Assembly: GCF_006345805.1 (NCBI RefSeq)
Contig: NC_043002.1
Span: forward strand, 6,138,001 to 6,202,000
Source of the DNA: Octopus sinensis
Taxonomy: Eukaryota
Direction of reading: 5' to 3'
Length of the DNA stretch: 64,000 nucleotides
The position numbers were made by a program, and so were the translations under genes. Below are positions 13,511 through 26,752 of this stretch, piece after piece. The first letter of the stretch is position 1; each line of letters begins with the position of its first letter. The notes beneath the pieces are model-generated. The model saw only the letters and a program-made list of their open reading frames with translations. It did not search any database and was not told the origin of the DNA.

Positions 13511-14098
13511 TATATATATACACATATATGTGTATATATGTATATATATATATGTATATGTATTTGTGTATGTGTGTGTGTATTACAAGCATATGCATAT
13601 ACGTATACGTATATAAATTAACATACACTATGAACGATACTCCTATTTAGTTATATATATCGTAATTTTCCCCTTTCGTAAGCAAGTATTTATTGCTTTT
13701 TGATTTTACTTACTATCAAAAGGTATTGTCGTTGAAGAATAATATCTTAGAAATATCATTCCGATTTTCACCGAAGTATGAATGCATATATAGAAATACT
13801 CCTTTTTAGTCATAGACTTTATGTACATAAACGCATTTATACGATCACACACTACACTATTAGCCTCAATTATACAGGGACACATCTCGATCGTGCAGGT
13901 TCAATTGCATATTTGTGCGAGTGGCTTTGTTTCTCTATAATAACCAATAATATATTGCTTAGAACTTTCATTGAAAATTCACTATTAATCAGTGCACTTA
14001 AGTCCTTGAATATGAAGCCTTTAATAAAAAAATTACGTGCAAAATACAAAAAAAAGGAACCGGTACACACACACACACACACACACACAATCTCTCTC

Positions 14099-14149
<51 letters not shown>

Positions 14150-14751
14150 CAACCACACACACACACATGCATATGTACATATCTGCATATGCCCATACAT
14201 ATAAATATATAACCGTTTGCATACACAGATAAAATGTTTTAAATAGTGTTTAATCATTAGGAAAAAACTTAGCGGACTTGAGTTGCTCATTTCTTTAACA
14301 TGTTTTTAAGCTCCAAAATATCAGAGTAAAACGAATATTCTGAGTAAAATATTTAGAAGAAATGAAAACAAATGTCTCAATTATATTTTGAAATTTCATT
14401 TTGTTTTGTTCTGCATTTAATTCTAGGTCTTAAGTGTAAAACACCATAAACTGCATATTTGTTAGGTAATTAATATATAACTAATTAATTTTAATTTGAT
14501 GACTATGTTAGTTCATCAAAAATGAATTTTGAAAGGAATTACCATTCACATTGAAATTAATTAATTATCTATGTATTATGTAATTATTACACAATCATTA
14601 TATGTGTAGTGACTAAAAATGATGATTATTGCATATGAATTACATTAGAAATATATAATGTTATTTGCACTTAAGCCACGGAGATTGCGCAGGAACAAAA
14701 ATGACATGTTAAAATATTATTGCGGCCTCCGATTAATATACATACATACAC

Positions 14752-14792
<41 letters not shown>

Positions 14793-15484
14793 ATATATAT
14801 ATACATATACATGCGTACATACGTACATACTAACACACAAACATATATATATGTATGTATTTTAATTTTAATATTTGTTAGTTAGTTAGTTAGTTAGTTA
14901 GTTAATTTGGCTCAAAAGCAAATAGCAAGGCCATGTGTATTATATGTAATTTTCTAGATGGTGTAATTTAATTGTTCATTTTGAATTGATAAAAGGTGTT
15001 TTTTTCTAATTTATATATATATGGGGGTTTGTGTGTGTGTGTGATGTCATGATTACGTTTTCTTCGAGATTAAGCTAACCGTATCGATAAGTATTTAATA
15101 TTTATGACACCTTTGGGTTGTACTTCATGCTGTAAATTCCACCGATGGGCAATTTCATGTTCGCTTCTCTGTCAGGTGATATTCTCTGTAACAAAGCTGC
15201 GAAAAAACTTAGGCTCAATTGCATGTTCAACTGCCCATAGTCTGTGCAGTGGAAACACGTGTAGGTTGTAATAACCATAAAAATATGGTGTACTAAATGG
15301 TTAGATAAAAGAAAATAAATGTTTAGGATGATCAAATCTCCACATTCTATATCATTATAATTATTGGTTCTATATATATATATAATGGTAAAAACGGTAA
15401 GATAACAAAAGAAAGAAAGAGACTTCAGTATTATGTAAATAGAGGAATTTATCTGTAAATTAATATGTGACAATTATTCAGTAA

Positions 15485-15552
15485 CCACGATAAAACTCTG
15501 AGTTTCGGATGCCGAGGTGGAAATCCACATCACCATCTCTTCGGTTATCTGG
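15485..15552 (-). ncRNA. Hammerhead-like motif, U4C core
   Basis: CCAGAUAA-CCGAAGA-GAUG..(GUGGA UU UCCAC)..CAUCC-GAA-ACUCAGAGU-U-UUAUCGUGG. Confidence 0.6.
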
Positions 15553-15628
15553 CCATCTCTTTTTATTAAATTCTTCTGTGTGTTAGAGTCCTCAACCGAT
15601 GTCTGGCGATTATCCAAAAAAGAGATGG

Positions 15629-15697
15629 CCAGATAACCGAAGAAATGGTGGTGTGGATTTCCACCTCGGCAACCGAAACTCGGAGAGTTTATCATGG
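15629..15697 (+). ncRNA. Hammerhead-like motif, U4C core (second arm, more decayed)
   Basis: CCAGATAA-CCGAAGA-AATGG...CAACC-GAA-ACTCGGAGAGT-TTATCATGG. Confidence 0.5.
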
Positions 15698-15757
15698 CAA
15701 CTGAGTAATTGTCACATATTAATTTACACACACACACACACCACACATATATATATA

Positions 15758-15797
<40 letters not shown>

Positions 15798-16471
15798 TAT
15801 AATCATATATATATATATACATAATATTAGATATATATATATTATATATTATATATATATATATATATACATATATACATATATATACATACACACCATA
15901 TAGATATATAAAGTAAATATATATACATATGTATGTATGTACTATGTACACATGCACACACACACAGATTGTATGCAAATTTATAAACCAGTAAAACATG
16001 ATATCCTGAATGATTTTGGGAAAGGCAGACCGTTCCATGCCTCTTCAGGCATGCCTTCCATGCCTTCAATTATAATTCCATGCCTTCAGTTATAATTCTT
16101 GTGATTGGTCATATAAATAAGTGCTGCCATTTTCCTGTCACAGTAAATTTTGTTATCTCGTAGTGCAAATGTCCTTGAAGAATGAGTGACAGTTAAATAG
16201 TACCTCTAGATATATTTCTTTATATTGATCTAAAATTTGTTCCTTTAGTAATAATAGATGTACCTGTCACATTTCGTATATAAACTGCAAGTCAAAATCC
16301 AAGGTAGTGACCTTCGATTTCCGCGCGTGCGCGCACAAGCAATATACATACAAGTACGTGTATATAAGTACATATGTGATTCAAATTATCTCTGTCTGAC
16401 TGTATTTCACCCGCTTCCTCTCCATTCATACACATATATATGCATACAAATATATATATACTTGCTTAAGT

Positions 16472-16508
<37 letters not shown>

Positions 16509-16762
16509 CTATGTTTGTGTGTGTGTATCTATATATGTATATATGTGTGTGTATACATTTATATGTATGTATATGTATATATATGTATGTATGTATATAT
16601 ATATCTATATATATATATATATATATAAATACATGTTGGCACACACGCACACACTTATATACTGCATATCTCTGAGTATAGAGAGTGTGTGTGTGCGCGC
16701 GCGCGTGCATGCATGTGTATGAATGAATGTGTAGGCCTGTGTTGTTAAAGACGAGTGAGAGT

Positions 16763-16802
<40 letters not shown>

Positions 16803-17245
16803 AGAGAACAGAGAGGGGAGAGAGACTTAAATGAAATTCCTTTGGTTTAGACGGTGATTATTCCACTTGTTTGATCATGGGAAGTAGTTATTCATTGGTA
16901 CTTAATGTAACACCCAGGCAGAACGGCGTAGCACATGGGAGGACCACTGAGTTTCGGGTATAATCCGTCGGACCCAACTTTCATACGAGTTCTGCATTAC
17001 TCAATTAACTCCAGCTTTTAGAGGGGTCACTCTAGGACTTTGGTAAAAAGAAGTTCAAAATATATGCATAAATAGAAACACGCGGACACACACACACACA
17101 CATATCAGTAAATATATACATTACGAGATACATATATATACGCACATACAGTATATATACATATAAATATATACATATACATATAAATATATATATTAAT
17201 ATATATACATATATATATATGTACATCTATATATATGTATATATT

Positions 17246-17306
<61 letters not shown>

Positions 17307-17355
17307 TGTACATGGCGCAACGTATAACTATGGAGATAGGGACATGAATATATAT

Positions 17356-17508
17356 ATTTCTTTATTGCCCACAAGGGGCTAAACACAGAGGAGACAAACA
17401 AGGGCAGACAAAGGGATTAAGTCGATTACATCGACCCCAGGCGTAACTGGTACTTTATTTAGCGACCCCGAAAGGATGAAAGGCAAAGTCGACCTCGGCG
17501 GAATTTGA
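17356..17508 (-). mobile_element. SINE family B, 5'-truncated
   Basis: Matches the body and tail of family B. Confidence 0.85.
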
Positions 17509-17509
17509 A

Positions 17510-17664
17510 GGCACAGGCATGGCTGTGGTAGGAAATTTGCTTCCCAACCCTATGATCCCAGGTGAATCCCGCTTCCTGGCATATTGGCCAAATTCTACAA
17601 TAGCCCCTGGCCGACCAAAAACGTCCGAGTGATTTTGGTAAACGAAAACTGAAAGAAAATAATG

Positions 17665-17702
<38 letters not shown>

Positions 17703-17948
17703 TATATATATTTGTGCTTATATGGGCGGGGGGGGGGAACAGTATGTCTATGAGTGTCTCCCACATTGCTTGACATCCGGTTTTGGCGTGTTTCGTTCCC
17801 GTAATGTGGCGGTTCGCTAAAAGAAACCAACAGAATAACGCTCAGGATTTAGAAGGAAATAAGTCCTTGGGTCAATTTGTTCGACTAAAATTTTCCAAGG
17901 TGGTTTCCTAGCATAATCGCAGTCTAATGACTGTAACAAGTAAAAGAG
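17510..17948 (+). mobile_element. Diverged SINE family A
   Basis: Head, body and tail are recognisable but decayed. Confidence 0.75.
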
Positions 17949-18437
17949 ATTATATAAAATATATGTAAAATATGTAGAATACACACATAAATATAAACTG
18001 AGAGACTAGGCCGAACGTGTATATTATATACGTTTATGTATACACGCACACACACACACACACACATATACTTATATTTTTATATTTCTTTCATGTAATT
18101 TTACTTTACATATATACATATATATGAGGTAGGGAGTGTTTGTGTGTGTGCGTGTGTGTGTGTGCGCGTATGAGTGTGTATGTATGTATGTATGTATGTA
18201 TGTATGTATGTATATATACACATTATATATACAAATCAGTCATGCATATAGAAAGAAAATTGAAAACCACATAAATCCTTTAAAAAAAAATCTAACCTGT
18301 CAATTGATTTTTTTCTCAGGCTGGAAATTTTTGCATTTTAATCCATTCTTTGAGCAATCTAAATCACAATTCCTAGGTTTTAAGACAAAATCAAGATTGA
18401 CTCATCATCATCATCTTCCTCAAAGTGGTCGTCATCG

Positions 18438-18531
<94 letters not shown>

Positions 18532-18653
18532 GTTGTTGTTGTTGTTATTGTCATGACTTGCTATTATTACTATTGTTGTTATTATTTGAGTGTGATTGGC
18601 TATAATTTTGCAACATTCTCCTTTTGGGCTCTTTGATGCAGGATATATATGTA

Positions 18654-18693
<40 letters not shown>

Positions 18694-18730
18694 TCTATAT
18701 ATATATATATATATATATACTATATATATA

Positions 18731-18809
<79 letters not shown>

Positions 18810-18848
18810 TTACAGACATGCAACTCTCTTTTCTTCATATATCTTTGA

Positions 18849-18879
<31 letters not shown>

Positions 18880-19626
18880 GGGCATGGGTGGTACCCTGCA
18901 ATTTTGGTGGGTTTCATAAATCTTTAGTTGGAAGGGCATGCACACTGCATAAAATTCTGTCTTTTTCTGTTCCTTGTAACTTGTCAGACTCTACAAATCC
19001 CTGGTACATCGAACATCTTCAGTCTTGAACATCGCAATATTGGATACTGTGCGAATTCTTCAGTAAATTATGGAAAATAATGGAAAACAGCTAAGGATAC
19101 AATACCTCCAAGGCATAACACTAGTTCCCTGTCTTTGATTTTCTTTCTATATCCACCCATTTCTTTCTCTTTCTGGTGGTTACATCGTACTCTGTGTCTA
19201 AGTTCTACTTCTCTTTCTTTCTCTATCATTCTCTCTCTCCTTTTCTCTCTCTTTCTCAGTTACAGAACCATAAGAAAACATATACGAAACATATTTACAC
19301 ACGAAAACATGAGAAACTGGAGTAAAAAGTACAACAAAATCAACAACACCATACAATAAAATCATTAAGTATAACTGCAAAAATCAACAAAATCAACCAC
19401 TATCAATGCTACTGCCCCGTCTACAACAACAACAAGAACAATAACAACAACAAAAGCAACAACAGCATTAGCAGCAGCAGTAGCAGCAGCAGCAACAATG
19501 ACAGACGAAACAACAACGAAGATAATGAACGCCTTTACCCCAAAATTATAACAGATTATATTTTGTTAATATTTTTCTTCCATTATCCAAAAATATCTCG
19601 TTCATATTTTGAATTTACTATTATTA

Positions 19627-19684
<58 letters not shown>

Positions 19685-20089
19685 ATTATTATTATTATCA
19701 TTATTATTATTATTGTCATGACGGTTCTTTCTTTTTTTTGTTATTGTTTTGTTTCTTTTCCTGTTTTGTTTTCCACCGGGGTGTAACACTAGTTTCAAGT
19801 GGAAGCACTACAACCGTGCTTGGCATTTGTTCAACCGTGGTGGAAAATTGCACGCTTGAGACCAGTTAAGAAAGTCGCAATCTATATAGCAAATGTCATT
19901 GGGCTGTTAGGTTCGGCGTGATGGAAATAGCGTACGAATCAACATACAGGAAGCTCAGCATTGTCGTCAGCGTTTAACACCAAATATCATGAATGAACTC
20001 TCAACGAAAACTGGTTATGTATATAATATATATTATATATATATAGTATATATATATATATATTATTATATAATATATATATAATGTGT

Positions 20090-20122
<33 letters not shown>

Positions 20123-20276
20123 ACGTATATATATAAGTAATATGGATGGATGGATGAGTATATACGTACGTGCGTATGGATGGATGGATAGATGCATGTA
20201 TATATGTATGTGTGTGTGTGAAATTTCATTCTGTAATACTCATATGTCTACGTGTGAGTGTGTGTATTGGCTGCAT

Positions 20277-20341
<65 letters not shown>

Positions 20342-20529
20342 CATTGTTTTGATAATTGGTGGGATCTAAGAGAAAAAATTACAGCCAACGAAATATAAAT
20401 ATTACTTCATATGTATAAGATTTAAAATGGAGCTCAATTTTAAATTCTATATATACATACGTGTGTGTGTATGTGTGTGTGTGTGAGTGTGTGTATCTGT
20501 GTCTGTGTACGTGCGCATGCGCGTGTATC

Positions 20530-20910
20530 TTTCAACTTGTTTTAGTAATTGGACTGCAACCTTGCAGGCGCACCACCTTAGATTGTCTGGTCAAACCATT
20601 TAACTGCAGTACTTGGTTTTAACTGTCCCGTGTGGTATCGGTTTCTTTTGCCGAACTGCTTTAATACGAGGCTACAAACAAACCAGCAACCTTTTTTAAG
20701 CAGCGGCGTGAACAAATACAAACTCAAATGCACATGCATACACACCACACAACCCTGCCATTCCTCCACGCACAGGTCTACTTCCCGACCACATGGTTCT
20801 GCGCTCTGTTCCAGTGCGTGGCACCTTGAACGTTTTCCTTCTATTATTGCTTCGAGCCGACCAAAGCTTTGTAAGTGGATCTGGTAGACGGAAACTGTAA
20901 AAAGCCCCAT
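20530..20910. mobile_element. Decayed SINE family A pieces in both orientations
   Basis: Tail on the - strand at about 20530-20680; head and body on the + strand at about 20780-20910. Confidence 0.6.
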
Positions 20911-21016
20911 TGTGTGTGTGTTTGTGTGAATGTGTGTCTGTGTAAATATATATATATATGTGTGTGTGTGTGTGTTTGTGTGTAATATAAATAATATATA
21001 TATGTATGTATATATT

Positions 21017-21429
21017 TCTCTTTCTCTTTTTCTCTTTTACTTGTTTCAGTCATTTGACTGCGGCCATGCTGGAGCACCGCCTTTAATCGAGCAACTCGAC
21101 CCCGGGACTTATTCTTTTGTAAGCCCAGTACTTATTCTATCGGTCTCTTTTGCCGAACCGCTAAGTGACGGGGACGAAAACACACCAGCATCGGTTGTCA
21201 AACAATGCTAGGGGGACAGACACAGACACACAAACATACACGCACACACATATATATATACATATATACGACGGGCTTCTTTCAGTTTCCGTCTACCAAA
21301 TCCACTCACAAGGCATTGGTCGGCCCGGGGCTATAGCAGAAGACACTTGCCCAAGGTGCCACGCAGTGGGACTGAACCCGGAACCATGTGGTTGGTTAGC
21401 AAGCTACTTACCACACAGCCACTCCTGCG

Positions 21430-21431
<2 letters not shown>
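21017..21431 (-). mobile_element. SINE family A
   Basis: Full-length, close match to the other copies. Confidence 0.92.
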
Positions 21432-21480
<49 letters not shown>

Positions 21481-21489
21481 AATGGGAAG

Positions 21490-23701
21490 CTTGCTGGTTG
21501 CTAGTTTTGTCCGCAGATTTCAAAAATGTAATCGGTTTCCTTCTATCAGGCACAGTTTTTCTGATGAGATGAGACAGGTATATAACTCCCATCAGCAGTA
21601 TCGCTACACGTAAACGTTTTATACAGGTAAATTCTGACTTCTGCTTTATAACTATTTGCATTCATTTTGTAATTTTATGTTTTCATAATCTTTTCTTTTC
21701 ATAAATCTTACTTTCTGTTTAAGGTGCCAAGTCATCATCATCATCAAATTCTACTCAGGATGTCAAGGCATTGCAAGAACAGTCCTGATATATTTTATCA
21801 TGACTGTGGTTCATTTACCACCAAAGCTCAGCAACGTGCCATCACAAGTGAAATCAAGATCTGCCAGTTATACTTTGGCTGCTCTCTCAGGGATCAAGAT
21901 AAGAGTTGGGCTCCGCATATCATCTGCTCAGCTTGTTCAAATGGACTAAGGGATTGGCTAAATAAGAGGAAGAGAGCAATGCCGTTTGCAATACCTATGA
22001 TATGGAGAGAGCCAAAGGATCATTTCATGGACTTTTATTTCTGCAACGTTAATGTATGTGGGTTTACTGCAAAGACCAAGCATAAGATTGTGTATCCCAA
22101 CTTGGAATCAGCAAGAAGACCAGCACCACACAACGATGATGATCTTCCTATTCCAATACCACCAGAAAATGGCCTTCAGATGTCTGGCGAACATGTATTT
22201 CCTGAATAAAATACTACTGCTGCGGAAGACACCGAAGTGGATGCAGATTTCATGATTGAAAATGAAGACGTACCACAGAAATTTTCTCAAGTAGAGTTAA
22301 ATGATTTAGTTAGAGACTTGTCACTGTCGAAGGATAAAGCTGAGCTATTAGCATCTCATCTACAAGGAAAGTGTCAGCTTAAGAAACGTTTTTATTACTC
22401 ATTTCAGGAAGAGAAATAGGGATCTGACTTCATGCTTCTCTGTTGATGGACCACTTTGTTTCAGTAACAGCACTGATGAGTTATTTCGCTGTTTGTTCCA
22501 AGAGCATGTTCCAGCTGAATGGCGCTTATTTATTGATTCATCTAAGAGAAACCTCAAGGCAGTACTACTACACAACAGCAATAAGAAACCATCCATTCCC
22601 ATAGAACATTCAGTGCACATGAAGGAGTGTTATGAAAACATGCAAGTACTCCTCAATGCCATAAAGTATACAAACTACAGCTGGAAAATATGCGGGGACT
22701 TGAAGGTGATTGGAATGTTGATGGGAATGCAATCTGGGTTCACGAAATATTGTTGCTTTTTATGCCTATGGGACAGTCATGCAACTAACAAGCACTATGT
22801 GCAATCAGAGTGGCCTTTGTAAAATTCCTATGAGCTAGGAGTTTCTAGCATCCAGAGTAAACCACTTTTAAACCCAGAAAATGTTCTTCCCCCTCTTCAC
22901 ATAAAGCTTGGCCTCATGAAACAATTCGTGAAGACACTTGCCAGGAAAAGCTCAAAATGTTTTGAATATGCGAAGGCCAACTTTCCAAAAATCACCGAGG
23001 TAAAACTGAAGGAGGGCGTACTCATAGGCCCGCAGATAAAAGAACCCAGGATAACCACTTCCTCACAGCACTGGATGAGACTGAGTCTGGGAATCCTTCA
23101 AATGGCTCTGTGAAAATTTCCTAGGTAACAAGAGATTTCTAGAGTCTAGAACTGGAGTGAAATGTCTTCTAGACTCCTACACTGCAATGGGCTGCCTGAT
23201 GTCACTAAAAGTCAATTTCCTTGATTCACATCTGGACTTTTTTGCAGAGAACCTTGGAGCAGTGTCTGATGAGCAAGGGGAACACTTTCATCAATATATT
23301 GCATCATTGGAATAACGATATCAAGCATTTTGGAATGCAGGAATGTTAGCTGACTACTGTTGGATGTTATACAGGGATGAACCTGAGACAAAACACCATA
23401 GAAAGTCCAAATCCCAAAGATTTCAAGTTGTTATGCATTTGAGTGTATTGTAACTTATTTGTACAAAATAATTTTAATTTTGTACAATAAAAAGCCATGA
23501 AATTATATCTTGTATTCAATATACTTTATACAGACATGCTTTACGTATCCTATAACTTAAAACAGCAGGTATCATTAACATGAAAATGTGACCTGACAGA
23601 GGAAATCAGACTTCAGATTCGTAATCAGCATAACAAATTAATCCATAAAAGTCAATCAGAAACTCTGATGATTAAAAAATAATTAATTTTGTTCACCAGT
23701 G
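21490..23701 (+). mobile_element. Chapaev3-type (CMC) DNA transposon, left TIR missing
   Basis: Right end ...ttttgttcaccagtg followed by TTA (CACTG terminus, TWA target). No matching left TIR was seen upstream. Confidence 0.75.
21760..23440 (+). pseudogene. Disrupted Chapaev3-like transposase
   Basis: Motifs across frames: YFGCSLRDQDKSWAPHIICSAC, WREPKDH..FYFC, ELNDLVRDLSLSK..ELLAS, EWRLFIDSSK, DLKVIGMLMG.QSGFTKYCCFLCLWDS, PLHIKLGLMKQF, GPQI, EQGEHFHQ, ADYCW; several stops and frameshifts. Confidence 0.85.
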
Positions 23702-23711
23702 TTATTACTGT

Positions 23712-23960
23712 TATTCAGTAGGCTAATTCTTATCACGTGCTTTCACTGCGCTACCGAGCGCAGCTCTGTGTACCTTGGGTATGTGCTGTGGTTTTGTTCT
23801 GATGCTCTCATTTTTATTATATTGAAAGTGTTTTACGCTGGATGTGTGCAGTGCCTCGCAGTGCCAGTTTTTGTGTTATATACTTGTTAGTCCTGGTGTT
23901 TTTGCTATGTATTTGTATGAATATTTTTTTTATCATACTCAATGCGATAGGAATTTTTTC
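23712..23960 (-). mobile_element. 3' stub of R4/Dong-like RLE non-LTR retrotransposon
   Basis: IQKLALRGTAHIQRKTLSI and a 3' UTR matching 41040-41200; perfect hairpin CTGCGCT-CGGT-AGCGCAG; TAA-like tail. Confidence 0.85.
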
Positions 23961-24209
23961 ATGGGCCCGGTTTCCCGGTTTCTGTGGCGTATGTGTTCCC
24001 CCCCCCACCAGCTGATCGGAACGCCAGAAACTTAAGAAACAGGAAGAGAGAGTGAGAAAAAGTTGTCGCCAATACCCCCACACGGAGGCTTGTGGAACTT
24101 TTAGGTGTTTTCGCTCAATAAACACACACAACGCCCGGTCTGGAAATCGAAACCGCGATCCTCCGACCGCAAGTCCGCTGCCCTAACCACTGGGCCATTG
24201 CGCCTCCAC
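23961..24209 (-). mobile_element. SINE family C head with alternative tail (variant 3)
   Basis: Head matches 26369-26480; the 3' part is unrelated to the other family C tails. Confidence 0.85.
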
Positions 24210-24239
24210 TTTCTTCTTATACATTACTTTAAATATTAT

Positions 24240-24470
24240 TAAAATAAATTACGGCGATGTACTTGCATAGCGAGTGACTTGATCTGAGATCGTGTGCTGA
24301 AACGAAAACAATTGCAGCGTGGAAGGTGTTTATAAGCCATTTAAGAAACACACAAAAACCGTTAGATTCACTTCAACATTTCGACAAATTAAATTTAAAT
24401 GTTGAAGTGAATCTAACGGTTTTGTGTGTTTCTTAAATGGCTTATAAACACCTTCCACGCTGCAATTGTT
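24240..24470. mobile_element. Head-to-head foldback of the 9617-9749 module family
   Basis: Near-perfect inverted arms 24307-24381 and about 24396-24470; the sense arm starts at gacaaatt (24383). Confidence 0.9.
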
Positions 24471-25408
24471 ATTAAAATACAGTTAATTTTATAAGATTTC
24501 AATGATAAATTTCTGGATGTCCGTTTGACTCTATCTTTTTCTGTTTCCGTTTCCCAATATATCCACTTTCCTTCCTCATTATCTTCGTCTTTTATATCCT
24601 ATAACATGCTCTCCTCTTTCAATTTTGTTTTTAAATATTAGTTTTCTTACTTCATTATTCGTAACTTCCATCACTTTAATAATTTATTCCTAAACTTTGT
24701 ATTTTATTTTATTTAACTTTCAATATAAATCAGTATTTTTTTTTATATTTCACGCATCTTATAAAATTTAATATAATTCTCACATATATTAAAGTAGTAT
24801 ACGGATATACAAATAGTAATATACATATTAATATACATATAAATTATCTATTGTTAATTCAAAGTGGCTAGTATATTTTATATTTCATATTGTAAATTTT
24901 AAAAGATTTTATATCTATAAAATTACTTCAGTTATCCTTTGTTTTATTTTTTTAAATATATTTAGTTATTGAATTATTTAAGAACAGTCGTAGTCACCCC
25001 TCTTTCCTGTTCCTCAATATTATTATTCTTGCTAAATTTTCCTTAGGTTTTTTTTTATAATTAATTGATTATTTCTAAATTTATTATCTCTCTTTCAGTT
25101 TGGGTTTGCTGTTATTGTTCGGTTCATCCCTCCCCATCTCTCTTGCTTTCTGGAAGAAGTAGGCAGTGATTATATCTGCAGAGGGATGCTCTTCACCACT
25201 CACAAAAAAAAGGTACCCAAAGCATGTCATCGGTTATGATGGCGCCTTTATAATCCTATCAGGTGCCCAAGTTGCGTGACAATTTGAGTAGTTTTTCCCT
25301 TTTCTCTATCTCCCTTTAAATCTAAAAGCAGTTTTCTTATATATTTTTTATATTCTTCTATAAACAACATTTTATGTTTAAACATTTAAACTTACATTTT
25401 TATTCCTC

Positions 25409-25841
25409 GGATCTTTTCGGTTTGACCGGCAGTTTTTAAAAATAATTTCCACGTAACTAAACATTTTAAACTTCGTATACTGGTAGAATGTGTTTATAAA
25501 ACATCTCTTGGCTTTATTGAGAAAATTCTATAGCTTGTAAGATATTTGTTGGTTTTTTTCTTCAATTTCTGCAATTTAAACCAATCACTGACATCTATTG
25601 AGGTAAAAAACATTCTGTGCCGTATGAATATGTCCCTCGTTTAAGAAACAGATTGGGTTTATTTACATTTGTGAAGAAAAAAAGATACCCTTCCCCCCAC
25701 CCCTAACCCTAACCCTAACCCTAACTAACCGTAACCCTAAAACAGATTGAAATGCAATAGATCGATACTAGGGTCATAATTATGGGTGACAATTTCATAT
25801 GAGACCGCTAGAAAAAACTGCCGTTCAAACCGAAAAGATCC
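25409..25841. mobile_element. MITE, Merlin-like, with internal (CCCTAA)n
   Basis: TIRs GGATCTTTTCGGTTTGACCGGCAGTTTTT / AAAAAACTGCCGTTCAAACCGAAAAGATCC; 9-bp flanks TTATTCCTC / TTATTCCGC. Confidence 0.8.
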
Positions 25842-26366
25842 TTATTCCGCTTTATGATTTCCAGTATTAAATTTATATCTATTAAACCAATATAATAGTC
25901 AATGAGTCTTTTATCGAATTTATAAGAGACTAGTCACTCGTTATTTTCAAAAAAACTATTTTCATATAATTAGTTTCTGTATAGCGTCGACGTTTCCAAG
26001 ATATTTTGCATTTTCACACTGGCTAGAATTTGTAATGTACGATGTATTAACATCGTAAATTGGGGATTAACTTCTATATGTGATACAGGTATTTCATTAT
26101 TATTGTATTTTCAAAACTAATACATCTATGAATAAGCGATGGGTAGACAGAAGCGGCTGTGTCAGACAAATGCGTTGCAGTATTTCTACGGGCTGTTTCG
26201 GTCAGAGTTCAAATTGCACCATAGCCATACATAATTTCGTGGGTCGATACATTAAAGTACCATTGAAGTACTGGTGGAAATGGTAGTGACAGCCTCTCGT
26301 CTTATATTTCAGGCCTTGTCCCAATGCTAGAAACAAGTATTCTAGGCAGATATATAAGCTATATAT

Positions 26367-26752
26367 GTGGAGGCGCAATGGCCCAGTGGTTAGGGCAGAG
26401 GACTCGCGGTCATAGGATCGAGGTTTCGATTCCCAGACCGGGCGTTGTGAGTGTTTATTGAGCGAAAACACCTAAAGCTCCACGAGGCTCCGGCAGGGGA
26501 TGGTGGTGATCCCTGCTGTACTCTTTCACCACAACTTTCTCTCACTCTTACTTCCTGTTTCTGTTGTACCTGTATTTCAAGGGACCGGCCTTGTCACTCT
26601 CTGTGTCACGCTGAATATCCCCGAGAACTACGTTAAGGGTACACGTGTCTGTGGAATGCTCAGCCACTTACACGTTAATTTCACGAGCAGGCTGTTCCGT
26701 TGATTCGAATCAACCGGAACCCTCATCGTCGTAACCGACGGAGTGCTTCTAC
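26367..26752 (+). mobile_element. tRNA-derived SINE family C (Arg-like head)
   Basis: A box TGGCCCAGTGG, B box GGTTTCGATTCC; 14-bp TSD TATAAGCTATATAT (26353-26366 and 26757-26770). Confidence 0.95.

Larger units (their letters stand above)
15386..15727. mobile_element. Head-to-head foldback pLTR-like module
   Basis: Antisense arm 15386-15560 and sense arm about 15575-15727; microsatellite flanks. Confidence 0.9.

Noticed and set aside
18989-19063. 75-nt plus-strand exon candidate
   Set aside because: No recognisable peptide or neighbouring exons.
25700-25740. Telomere or chromosome fusion site
   Set aside because: Only a few CCCTAA units, lying inside a MITE.
26367-26445. tRNA genes at SINE heads (families A-D)
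   Set aside because: A and B boxes are present, but there is no complete cloverleaf and each continues into a SINE body, often with a TSD.
26451-26703. Recurrent ORFs MFIERKHLK and MVVIPAVLF
   Set aside because: Incidental frames inside SINE family C.
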